Notes: generated by a model from the letters alone, not told the origin. Numbered from the stretch's first letter, positions 50,370 through 58,287 are shown. The stretch: 64,000 nucleotides of DNA from an uncultured Candidatus Saccharibacteria bacterium (GCA_964353135.1 CAYGTV010000001.1:87138-151137), one strand, 5' to 3'. Translations and numbers: made by a program.

Positions 50370-52614
50370 CCACTTTCAGTTGTTTGATGAATTTCTCAGC
50401 AACACTATCAATGTATTGAAAAATTTCTGTAAATGAACTCGATTCAGTGTGCGGGTTCCCAAGAGTAACACCCAACACCCTAAAACGATCTCTTTTGTCT
50501 GTGAGAAGCCTTTTGACATCAAAAATGTCAAAAGTGTGAATACAGATTATACCGTCTTGGTAAATTTCATCATGAATCATCTTGTTCAAGTCACTAATCA
50601 CTTTTGATTTCTCAGTAGAGCCAAGATCAATTTTATGCGTTGACACTGAAAACACCACGCTGTTTAACTCAACTTCGTTAAGTGTGCAAAAATATTTCGA
50701 TGTCTCTACTGACTTGTGCCAGCTCTTTGCGAGCTCATAACGATAGTCGACTAACTCACCAATACCCTTAGTTCCTAAATGCTTTATGAAAAACCAAAGT
50801 TTTAGACTGTCGAATGGTCGACTTCCCATAAACGGGGTTATTTGACCAAGATCGAACGAATCTTTTTTTATTGTGATATCTGTTGATTTGCTGAATAGAT
50901 CTGTATTTTCTATATCCTTAAATAAAACTGCACTAGCAGAATACGGTATACACAGGCCCTTGTGTGGATCAATTGAGATTGAATCTGCTCTTTCTATGCC
51001 TTTTATGCGCTCTCTGTGATTGTTGGAAAATATAAGTACCCCGCCATGACATGCGTCCACGTGGAGCCAAACTCTTTTTGTCTCGCAGATATCAGCTATT
51101 TTGTTAAAGTCCTCTATGGTTGTTGTTCTCGAATCACCAGCTTGGCTAACAACAGCGACAACTTTAGAGGTGACTCCGTTATCATACTGATTAATTTTTT
51201 CAACCAAGTCATCACAATCGATTCTATAGTCTTCGGAATTATTTACGTACACTATGTTGTCCTCTCCCATACCAAGCCACCAAAATGACGCAATATGCGA
51301 GTAGTGATAGAAGGTCTCAGATGCGACAATCAATATCGGCTTCAACTTGCTAGCGTTCAGGCCACTTTTACGAGAATCAGGAAAACTTTTGCACCTAGCT
51401 GCTAACAAAGCTGTTGCATTAGCTAGAGTACCGCCGGTCGTCATGATACCTCCAGCTTCTTGAGCTCTTTTTGGGAAACCACTTTTTACATCGTAGCCAA
51501 TGAGTTCCCGCAACCACTTTATAACTTGAATTTCTGCGAAGGTTGCCGAGGGACCACTTTTAGTTGTTGCAATTAAATTTTGATTAGTAAAATTTTCTAG
51601 TATTGAGGCAGATAGTGCTGCGATTGAATTCCCGGCATCTGGGAAAGCAAGATAGTTTGGATGAGCTTGGTGTATAGATGAACTGTAAATTTTATTGGTG
51701 TATTCTTTAAGAATTATACCCATTTCCTTACCTAATTCAGGAGCTGGTTCGTCAAAACCTCCGATCAACTCCTCCTCGGTTTTGTAATCGATTACTTTTT
51801 CTGGGTTTACAATAAACTCTACACCCATCTCAAGAGCTCTATAAAGAGCTTCAGTGCTTGATTGTGTAGTAGTTTTTCCTAAAAATTTATTTTTTATGTC
51901 AAAGATGCGCTTTGAGGTCAGTTCAGGCAGCTCCAAAAACGCCTTTGTTCTATCAATAAAAAGCCAATTTTCTTCAACAGATAAAATTCTTTTTGAAACT
52001 AGTTGATTGGTTACAGTGCCGAAAATATTTTCGATATAATTACTAGTTTCTTTTGAGTTTACAAATCCTAGCGACTCTTTGCCGCTGTTTAGAAGTAGGT
52101 TTATAATTTTTTCTTTTGTAAATTGATCGCTATTAGTAGACAAAAGTAGAAGAAGAACTACCGTTGAGAAAGCTTGAACTCGATCGAGTTCAAATTCCTT
52201 CATATCTCCAATTAACATCTGATTTGGTCCGGCCAATGCGCACAACCATTGTCTGTATTGATTAAAGCCCGACCAATCTAATGGACCTATTTGATCTACG
52301 ATTACCGAATCGTCCGTCTTTATATGGCCATATCCTCGTATAGATTTCTGCAACTCAAGCCAAGAAATGTATTCTCCTGCATATTGGAGATCTGGTACTA
52401 GCCCGTTTTCGTTATGATACTTCACAAACCACTTTTTAAATGAAGTCACTTCCTGCAGCGGTGCACTTTTGTGAAAAACACACATTAAATCAATATCGCT
52501 ATCCTTTCGCTGTTCTTTTCTTGCTCTCGAGCCAAATACTAGACAGTATTTTAAACTATCAGAAAAATGTTTCTCTGCTGCAACCTTTAAATCGTTTAAA
52601 ATTTTATCTGTCAT
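50359..52614 (-). CDS. fusion of a minimal nucleotidyltransferase (Pol-beta superfamily) with a PLP-dependent group II decarboxylase
   Basis: N-terminus ...YCLVFGSRARKEQRKDSDIDLMCVF has the GS...DxD NTase motif, followed by a helical region. The C-terminal ~480 aa has the PLP-Lys motif SISIDPHKGLCIPYSASAVLF (S-x-x-x-HK, typical of group II decarboxylases). Confidence 0.6.
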   Translation of the reverse strand: MTDKILNDLKVAAEKHFSDSLKYCLVFGSRARKEQRKDSDIDLMCVFHKSAPLQEVTSFKKWFVKYHNENGLVPDLQYAGEYISWLELQKSIRGYGHIKTDDSVIVDQIGPLDWSGFNQYRQWLCALAGPNQMLIGDMKEFELDRVQAFSTVVLLLLLSTNSDQFTKEKIINLLLNSGKESLGFVNSKETSNYIENIFGTVTNQLVSKRILSVEENWLFIDRTKAFLELPELTSKRIFDIKNKFLGKTTTQSSTEALYRALEMGVEFIVNPEKVIDYKTEEELIGGFDEPAPELGKEMGIILKEYTNKIYSSSIHQAHPNYLAFPDAGNSIAALSASILENFTNQNLIATTKSGPSATFAEIQVIKWLRELIGYDVKSGFPKRAQEAGGIMTTGGTLANATALLAARCKSFPDSRKSGLNASKLKPILIVASETFYHYSHIASFWWLGMGEDNIVYVNNSEDYRIDCDDLVEKINQYDNGVTSKVVAVVSQAGDSRTTTIEDFNKIADICETKRVWLHVDACHGGVLIFSNNHRERIKGIERADSISIDPHKGLCIPYSASAVLFKDIENTDLFSKSTDITIKKDSFDLGQITPFMGSRPFDSLKLWFFIKHLGTKGIGELVDYRYELAKSWHKSVETSKYFCTLNEVELNSVVFSVSTHKIDLGSTEKSKVISDLNKMIHDEIYQDGIICIHTFDIFDVKRLLTDKRDRFRVLGVTLGNPHTESSSFTEIFQYIDSVAEKFIKQLKVATE

Positions 52615-52616
52615 AT

Positions 52617-53447
52617 TTAACGAGTTAAAATATACTGATCCTGTGAGCTGAGATTCAGGTCATGAATCACTGAAAAATCTGTTTTAGTAAAACCGTCATA
52701 AGAATGCGCATCTGAACCGAAGACGAACTTACCGCCATATTTTAAGTATTCAATAAGAAAAGCCTGGTCGTTCGTTTTTAGCTGGCCAGTCTCGTACATA
52801 TTGTATTTCCACTGGTCATAAGAAGGATATTTTTTTCCATTGATTTCAAAATAAATATTATGGCCTGACTCCCATTCCGACTTAAATAAGTTAAGGATGT
52901 AGTGGATCTCCTCAGTGTTAAAGTTTTCAGAGAAATGTCCATGGATGGCTTGAAAGGGGTGTGCAAAAATATCAATACTTTTATTTTGGATAAGTGCCTT
53001 AATATTTTCCATCAAAAAACTTCGCTTTGATGCATTGTCATTATTGGTCCTTGAATACTCCTCTTGAAAACTTTCTGAATGAATTGCTCCAAGTAATATA
53101 TCGACACCAAATTTATCACTTTCTTTTCCGGTGATGCCTTGGGCTAATCTGAGAGATCCATCAATATTCACTTCAACTTCTAGTCCTGAGAATATATCAA
53201 TTTTATTTTTGTATCTATCTCTAAGACTGTTAATTTGGTTGAGATACTCTGAAAAAACCTCGTCGTCATCAAAAAAGACAGATTCTGTTCCGTCGGCGTT
53301 AAACCAGCCGCATGCATGATCTGTGATTATTATTGACTTAATTCTTAGCTGAATGGCTTGGGTGACCATTTCCTCTAGAGAGTTTTTACCGTCAGAAAAT
53401 TTACTATGTATCTGAACATCCTGCCTCTTTAGAAAGTCGTTTAACAT
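52617..53447 (-). CDS. PHP-domain phosphoesterase (HisK/CpsB-like)
   Basis: N-terminal IHSKFSDG...IIITDH metal-binding motifs of the PHP family. Confidence 0.6.
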   Translation of the reverse strand: MLNDFLKRQDVQIHSKFSDGKNSLEEMVTQAIQLRIKSIIITDHACGWFNADGTESVFFDDDEVFSEYLNQINSLRDRYKNKIDIFSGLEVEVNIDGSLRLAQGITGKESDKFGVDILLGAIHSESFQEEYSRTNNDNASKRSFLMENIKALIQNKSIDIFAHPFQAIHGHFSENFNTEEIHYILNLFKSEWESGHNIYFEINGKKYPSYDQWKYNMYETGQLKTNDQAFLIEYLKYGGKFVFGSDAHSYDGFTKTDFSVIHDLNLSSQDQYILTR

Positions 53448-53523
53448 ATAGATAATTTACCTTAATACAGTATTTAAACAAGAAACTTCAGCAAGTAGTT
53501 CTGAAATAGACTCCCAGTTTAAT

Positions 53524-53638
53524 GTTCGAAACTCATCCAGCTGAGAGAGCGAGCAGAAAAACCCTTATTTATAAGGGTTTTTCTTATGCTCGCGACGACG
53601 GAAGAACAATCTGGGAGATTGTTCTGTCAGGATTCGAA
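53524..53638 (+). repeat. repeat module copy 0 (degenerate)
   Basis: GTTCGAAACTCATCCAGCTGAGAGAGCGAGCA box, an AAAAACCCTTA-ttta-TAAGGGTTTTT terminator hairpin, a second hairpin GAACAATC-tggga-GATTGTTC, then GATTCGAA. Confidence 0.45.
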
Positions 53639-53704
53639 AAGCTTTTGAGGTAGATTCGACCAGAGGAAGAATATATCCAAAAGGTATACTGGTCATGTAA
53701 TGAC

Positions 53705-53726
53705 CGAAATTCCTGCCGTCGGAGCA
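53705..53726 (+). repeat. direct repeat of the tRNA-Asn 3' end (putative att-site copy)
   Basis: CGAAATTCCTGCCGTCGGAGCA versus the tRNA 3' end CGAATCCTGCCGTCGGAGCT. There is a 15/15 exact core and 19 of 21 positions matching with a 1-2 nt indel. Confidence 0.6.
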
Positions 53727-53796
53727 GACAAAAATACTCTTGTTTTGCAGGGGTATTTTTAGTTTAGATTCATACCCCGAAGACGACGGTTCGAAC
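53705..53796 (+). repeat. repeat module copy A
   Basis: Box (the tRNA-3'-like DR), an AAAAATACTCTTG-tttt-CAGGGGTATTTTT hairpin, then GGTTCGAAC at 53788. Confidence 0.5.
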
Positions 53797-53816
53797 TTTT
53801 GGTATGATTAGAATAT

Positions 53817-54353
53817 ATGAAAAAAGTCGTCGTCGGATCTAACAACCCTGTAAAACTCAAAACAACAAAAGAAGCATTTACTTTACGATTTCCAGAGGAA
53901 ACTTTTGAATACATTACTTTTTCCGCGCCATCAGGTGTCTCAGATCAACCCATGAGTTCAGAGGAAACTAAGAAAGGCGCTTTAAATCGTGCTTTGGCTT
54001 GCAAGCAGGAATATCCAGACGCTGATTATTATATTGGACTAGAGGGCGGTATTGAAGCGATAGAGGGGCAGTATTGGGTATCTGCTTGGATGTGTATAGT
54101 CGATGGAAACAAAAAACAAGGATTTGGAAGAACTAGTGCCTTTTTACTTCCTAGTCGGGTGTGTAAATTGATTGATCAAGGTGAAGAACTTGGTACCGCC
54201 ACTGACATTGCTTTTAATGAAGTTAATTCAAAACATAAAGGAGGTGCTGTAAGCGCTTTAACAGATGAACTTGTGACCCGAAAAGATTTTTATAGAGATG
54301 CTATTATTTTTGCCCTCATACCTTTCTGTAAAACAGAGTTATATAGCCAGTGA
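53817..54353 (+). CDS. YjjX-family non-canonical NTP pyrophosphatase (inosine/xanthosine triphosphatase-like)
   Basis: N-terminus KVVVGSNNPVKL and ...YYIGLEGGIE...WMCIVDG... match the NTPase_I-T family pattern. Confidence 0.55.
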   Translation: MKKVVVGSNNPVKLKTTKEAFTLRFPEETFEYITFSAPSGVSDQPMSSEETKKGALNRALACKQEYPDADYYIGLEGGIEAIEGQYWVSAWMCIVDGNKKQGFGRTSAFLLPSRVCKLIDQGEELGTATDIAFNEVNSKHKGGAVSALTDELVTRKDFYRDAIIFALIPFCKTELYSQ

Positions 54354-54362
54354 GTCGTTTTT

Positions 54363-54470
54363 CTATACAAAAGTTCGAACATCCTCCACCCAGCGGAGCA
54401 GTTAAAAATAACCTTATTTTATAGGGTTATTTTTTATTTAAATCTATACCCTTGAGGGCAATGTTCGAAC
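54363..54470 (+). repeat. repeat module copy B
   Basis: CTATACAAAAGTTCGAACATCCTCCACCCAGCGGAGCA box, an AAAAATAACCTTA-ttt-TAGGGTTATTTTTT hairpin, then GTTCGAAC at 54463. Confidence 0.55.
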
Positions 54471-54620
54471 TTCTAGTACGCGTGCCACAGATATGATGGT
54501 GAATTAATACCATATTCATTGAAAAAGAAATAAATCTGTGTCATTGTGCAGTCAGACAATCCTGTCTAAAACTGGCGGAATGCTAGTTCTTTCACATCTT
54601 ACGGAATGTAGGAGATACCA

Positions 54621-55619
54621 ATGAAACCGACGGCACAGAAGAACCAAAAACTTATTGCTCAATATCCATTTCTTAAAGAAATGATTACAGCACCATTCGA
54701 ACCCATTTCACCCGGTGTTTTTGAAAAAGATACAGTCTCTGACCTGACTATCAAATTCGAACGGGCGGATGCTCATCTGATGTACCGACATGGCAAAAAT
54801 ACAGGACTAGAGAGCCGTAATGGTTCATGCAGCTGGTCTATGCCGATGGAAGGTCCTCGCAAGGGTCAGGCTGGTAAACGTGGACATCTATTGTTCGCCG
54901 TCGACCACTCCGGTAAAGTCATCAACGAGCTTGATTGGCAGGAAGAAAAGCCGAAAGAACCTATCTTTGGCTATCATGCGCTTTGGGGCAAGAAGCTTGG
55001 ACCAGACCATTTCACTGAATGTCTTTATGACCAAGTGAAGTATCTTGTTTGGGTAACTGTTGAAGCTTGGCACGAGTTCATCAAAGGTTTTGAGGATACG
55101 CCATTTGGCGACTTCATTGACCGTACGATGACTGTAACCATCTACTCAGCCCCAGAGCAAGGGTTCAGCAAACTGAGTGACGAAGCGAACGTCTACGACC
55201 ATCTATGGCTGGATGATGACGTCATGATGCGTGGCTCAATGCGTAATGACCATGACATCTTGCGTATCAATGGAATGTTGACCGAGCTTTGTCACCAATT
55301 CAAGACCGACGTATACGACAATGGCATGCGAGACGTGGCAGACTCTCATCCGAAGCATCGTATTGCCGCTAGCGGTCAGTTTGGCCCTGTCGAGGTGCTG
55401 GTTGCTGAAATGTGTGGCTATGAACGTATCCAACTGGATACCGACACGTGTCGTATCACATTTCAAATTAGACCTGACGCAACTAAAGCATACGTTCTTG
55501 CTATGCAAGGTCGTTTGCCACAGCTACGTGAAATAGTTCGAACAGTCATTGAATATTGGAACTACCGCGAAGGTGGTCGTTCTGACTTTTCCTACAATCA
55601 AGAAGTTTGCGTAGGATAA
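54621..55619 (+). CDS. hypothetical protein (332 aa)
   Basis: A long ORF with RBS GGAGATACCAATG and no recognised motif. Confidence 0.45.
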   Translation: MKPTAQKNQKLIAQYPFLKEMITAPFEPISPGVFEKDTVSDLTIKFERADAHLMYRHGKNTGLESRNGSCSWSMPMEGPRKGQAGKRGHLLFAVDHSGKVINELDWQEEKPKEPIFGYHALWGKKLGPDHFTECLYDQVKYLVWVTVEAWHEFIKGFEDTPFGDFIDRTMTVTIYSAPEQGFSKLSDEANVYDHLWLDDDVMMRGSMRNDHDILRINGMLTELCHQFKTDVYDNGMRDVADSHPKHRIAASGQFGPVEVLVAEMCGYERIQLDTDTCRITFQIRPDATKAYVLAMQGRLPQLREIVRTVIEYWNYREGGRSDFSYNQEVCVG

Positions 55620-55635
55620 TTAGTTCACTTTAAGT

Positions 55636-55672
55636 AGCCGCCTTCCCTAATTTGGGTGGGCGGCTTTTTCTT
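55636..55672 (+). terminator. intrinsic terminator
   Basis: AGCCGCC-loop-GGCGGCT followed by TTTTTCTTTTT. Confidence 0.5.
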
Positions 55673-55675
55673 TTT

Positions 55676-55770
55676 CATAAAAAGTTCGAACATCCTCCAC
55701 CCAGCGGAGCAAAGAAAATACCCTTGTTTTTCAGGGGTATTTTTTGTTACCCTCGGATAGGATTCGAACC
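55676..55770 (+). repeat. repeat module copy C
   Basis: CATAAAAAGTTCGAACATCCTCCACCCAGCGGAGCA box, an AAAATACCCTTG-ttttt-CAGGGGTATTTTTT hairpin, then GATTCGAACC. Confidence 0.55.
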
Positions 55771-55975
55771 GGGTAGATATTTACATAGTAGTAAGTATAG
55801 GTATACTGCACTTATTGGTCCTACCTGTAGGAAAAAGACAGTCTGTCATAATCGCTGTTGGGGATGCTTGAGAAAGCAAACTGACGGACTGTTTCAATGC
55901 TGGCAACCGAAACATTATAATCGAGTTTTGGTTAGTTTGGTCTCCAACAGCTGCTCATGTATAAGGAGATGTGCG

Positions 55976-56293
55976 ATGCCGCTAAATAAAGCTGGACGCA
56001 AAATCCTTAAGCGTCTTCGCCAAAAACACACAGGCAGGGGTTCGCGATTGCGTGCCGGAAGATATCAGTACCTTCTTTGTCCTTTTCATTATGAAGGAAC
56101 TGCATCTTGGTGCATAGACCTAAAAACAGGTCGGCACTATTGCTTTGGGTGTCACCAGCGTGGTGATATCTGGAATCTTGCAACGAACCAACCGGAGTTG
56201 TTAGGTCAACCCAAACCAAGAGATAGAAGAGAAGTACTGCCGCCACTTCCAATGGTTGATGGATTGCCTCACGATGATGATGTTCCTTTTTGA
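55976..56293 (+). CDS. small CHC2-type zinc-finger protein (primase-like zinc-binding domain only)
   Basis: LLCPFHYEGTASWCIDLKTGRHYCFGCHQRGDIWNL matches the DnaG-type CHC2 zinc finger (CPFH-x-E-x-T-x-S...CFGCG). AAGGAG lies 7 nt upstream of the ATG. The ORF-track ORF starting at 55652 reads through repeat module C and is rejected. Confidence 0.5.
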   Translation: MPLNKAGRKILKRLRQKHTGRGSRLRAGRYQYLLCPFHYEGTASWCIDLKTGRHYCFGCHQRGDIWNLATNQPELLGQPKPRDRREVLPPLPMVDGLPHDDDVPF

Positions 56294-56312
56294 GAGGTTT
56301 AAAACGTTGTTT

Positions 56313-56340
56313 CCGCCCAGCTTTGTTGGGCGGCTTTCTT
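56313..56340 (+). terminator. intrinsic terminator
   Basis: CCGCCCA-gctttgt-TGGGCGG followed by CTTTCTTTC. Confidence 0.5.
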
Positions 56341-56349
56341 TCATTTGGA

Positions 56350-56466
56350 TACTGAAAAGGTTCGAACATCCTCCACCCAGCGGAGCAGTAAAAATCCTTG
56401 AAAGGGGATTTTTCTTTTGCTCTGACGGAGAAAGTGACAGGAGTCACTTTCGTTGGGATTCGAAAT
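56350..56466 (+). repeat. repeat module copy D
   Basis: TACTGAAAAGGTTCGAACATCCTCCACCCAGCGGAGCA box, an AAAAATCCTTG-aaa-GGGGATTTTTC hairpin, a second hairpin AAAGTGAC-agga-GTCACTTT, then GATTCGAAAT. Confidence 0.55.
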
Positions 56467-56494
56467 CTTCCAAAGCCTTTGATATACTAAAATT

Positions 56495-56917
56495 ATGAAT
56501 AGATATGTCTTATATTTTGTTTTGTTTGCAATTGCCGTGACAATTGTCGCAGCGTTACTTTCTACTGATAATGAAGAGCCCGAAGTGGAATCAGTACAAG
56601 AAAGCACACCTGCTTTAGGTGAAGATTTTGCTAATAACATTGCCGAATCTGGTCGAGAACTACGGATTACCTATGAACACACGAAGCCAGGTGAATATAG
56701 TGAAATCTTCGTTGCTTTTACTGCTGCACAGCCTGGTGAAGATGTACAAGTTACCTTGCTAGGACCGGATACTGAACCTAATGTACGAACAGTTACCGCA
56801 GATGAAAATGGTAATGTCTACGAAGTATTCACTATTTATCAATTTGGACAATATAACTTTGAAGTTATTCCTGCCGTTAGTGGTTCACGCTTTAGCTCCT
56901 CGATTATTGTTGAGTAG
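56495..56917 (+). CDS. secreted/membrane-anchored hypothetical protein
   Basis: N-terminal TM MNRYVLYFVLFAIAVTIVAALL, then a 110-aa soluble domain. Confidence 0.45.
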   Translation: MNRYVLYFVLFAIAVTIVAALLSTDNEEPEVESVQESTPALGEDFANNIAESGRELRITYEHTKPGEYSEIFVAFTAAQPGEDVQVTLLGPDTEPNVRTVTADENGNVYEVFTIYQFGQYNFEVIPAVSGSRFSSSIIVE

Positions 56918-56977
56918 ATCTGAATTTCCCCCGCCCAGTGGAGCAAGACATAAAAACACCCGCCGGGTGTTTTTATG
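56918..56977 (+). repeat. repeat module copy E (degenerate, lacks the GTTCGAAC head)
   Basis: GATCTGAATTTCCCCCGCCCAGTGGAGCA box, then an AAAAACACCCG-c-CGGGTGTTTTT terminator. Confidence 0.4.
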
Positions 56978-57034
56978 TGTGCAACTGTTTTGAGTCTTTG
57001 GTATACAGGCTACAATAAGGCTAAGGAGCACAGT

Positions 57035-57535
57035 ATGCAATTTAGCAAAAAAGACGTGGTTTTATACGGGGTATTAATGACGCTGGTTTTAGGTGTCTGC
57101 ACGATGGCAGTTCACGCCAGAATACAGCCTCCGGTCGCGACCCCGCTAGCTCTCTCAAACGCCAGATTGTCTAGTGATCCACTCGCGCAAACGCAACAAA
57201 TTAAAGCGGAAATTACCAAAGTATTTGCGCCCCTTGAGCCGGCCATACCAGGAGTAGTTGAAGCGATGATTCGGATTGCTGATTGTGAATCATATGGTGG
57301 GCCAGATGGCATGTTGATGCACGTTGGACCCGATGGTGAGCTCGTTGAAAACCCACGCTCATCAGCGACGGGAGTATTCCAGGTGTTGCTGTACACCCAT
57401 CGGGATGATTACGAAGCTCTGGGACTCGACCCGCGCAGTGTGCTTGATAACATCAAATTTGCCCGCAAGCTGGTTGAGCGACGGCATATACAAGGTGTAG
57501 ATCCATACGCAGATTGGGAATGCTCACCTGACTAA
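57035..57535 (+). CDS. secreted protein with an Rpf/transglycosylase-like muralytic domain
   Basis: Signal peptide MQFSKKDVVLYGVLMTLVLGVCTMAVHA. The C-terminal domain has DCES...GVFQVL...DWECS motifs resembling the transglycosylase-like domain (CES...GlQF...W..C). AAGGAG lies 6 nt upstream of the ATG. Confidence 0.5.
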   Translation: MQFSKKDVVLYGVLMTLVLGVCTMAVHARIQPPVATPLALSNARLSSDPLAQTQQIKAEITKVFAPLEPAIPGVVEAMIRIADCESYGGPDGMLMHVGPDGELVENPRSSATGVFQVLLYTHRDDYEALGLDPRSVLDNIKFARKLVERRHIQGVDPYADWECSPD

Positions 57536-57542
57536 AATCACA

Positions 57543-57576
57543 TAAAAACCTCCATCCGAACGGATGGAGGTTTTTA
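57543..57576. terminator. bidirectional intrinsic terminator
   Basis: CCTCCATCCG-aa-CGGATGGAGG, a perfect 10-bp stem flanked by AAAAA and TTTTT. Confidence 0.6.
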
Positions 57577-57584
57577 TGTGGTGT

Positions 57585-58223
57585 CTACTTCTTGGTCACT
57601 TTCTTTACTACTTTCTTGGCGACTGGCTTTTTGACGGGTTTTTTCGCCACCACCTTTTTTGTTACTACTTTGCTAACGGTCTTTTTCACTGCAGCTTTTT
57701 TGGGTTTGGTAACCGATGCTTCCTTTTCTATGACCGGCACCTTTACAGACGGCACTGGTGGGTTGAGTAGATCGAGGATCTTGTTCAGCTTTACCTCTAG
57801 AGCACTTACTTGTTGTTTTAGCTCTAGGATGTTTTGGGCTGTCGGCCCTGCTGGTGAACTGGAGTACGCTGGTCCAGCATTGACTGGGCCATTTCCAAAT
57901 GGCTTTCGCTCCCGCTTTGAACCGTTACCTTCTGAGTTACGTAGTTCATTCCCGCTTTTCTTCATTCCAAAACAAGCGCTGCAGTACACTGGCTTATCTT
58001 GTGATGGTTTAAACGGAACATCACACTTTTTGCCACATTCACTACAAGTGGCCGAAAACATCTCTGACGAACTGCCGTCGTTTCGACTGTCTCGTCGTTG
58101 TCCGCCACTAAACTTATTGTCACCACCAAACTTCTTTTTCCCGCCAAACTTTTGTCCTCCTTTATATCCACCTTTAAAATTATTCATTAGGCCGAGTATG
58201 CGCTTGTTTAAGTCGTTTGGCAA
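57585..58223 (-). CDS. zinc-ribbon protein with a Gly-rich N-terminus and a Lys-rich histone-H1-like C-terminal tail
   Basis: CSECGKKCDVPFKPSQDKPVYCSACF (CxxC-x17-CxxC). C-terminus KPKKAAVKKTVSKVVTKKVVAKKPVKKPVAKKVVKKVTKK. Confidence 0.5.
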   Translation of the reverse strand: MPNDLNKRILGLMNNFKGGYKGGQKFGGKKKFGGDNKFSGGQRRDSRNDGSSSEMFSATCSECGKKCDVPFKPSQDKPVYCSACFGMKKSGNELRNSEGNGSKRERKPFGNGPVNAGPAYSSSPAGPTAQNILELKQQVSALEVKLNKILDLLNPPVPSVKVPVIEKEASVTKPKKAAVKKTVSKVVTKKVVAKKPVKKPVAKKVVKKVTKK

Positions 58224-58287
58224 TGTATATGTATGACTAAAATTATAAATTGTAACTAGCCAGGTTCGAGCACTATCGCCAAGTAGT

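Noticed and set aside
53784-53796. GGTTCGAAC and GATTCGAACC motifs (53788, 55761) as possible additional tRNA genes
   Set aside because: The flanking sequences lack complementary T-stems and acceptor stems on either strand.
54372-54400. Repeat box interpreted as a tRNA or tmRNA 3' fragment
   Set aside because: It contains GGTTCGAAC (T-loop-like) and CCTCCACC (tmRNA-end-like). However, the flanks do not form a T-stem, and there are 5 extra nt between the T-loop-like motif and the acceptor-like end, so no cloverleaf can be built. Only copy A (53705-53726) is a true tRNA-Asn 3' copy.
55652-56293. ORF-track 213-aa ORF starting at 55652
   Set aside because: Its N-terminal half reads straight through repeat module C (box plus terminator hairpin). 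The peptide KFEHPPPSGA recurs in the ORFs at 56256 and 56781 purely because the DNA box is repeated. Only the 3' part from the ATG at 55976, which has an SD and a CHC2 finger, is credible.
56256-56498. 80-aa ORF (and ORF 56781..56993) spanning repeat modules D and E
   Set aside because: Both consist almost entirely of the translated repeat box and terminator hairpins. There is no RBS, and they overlap terminator structures.
57592-58236. 214-aa plus-strand ORF overlapping the zinc-ribbon/H1-like gene
   Set aside because: It is the antisense frame of the Lys-rich tail (poly-Phe/Leu translation). The minus-strand gene has the CxxC motifs and a coherent architecture.
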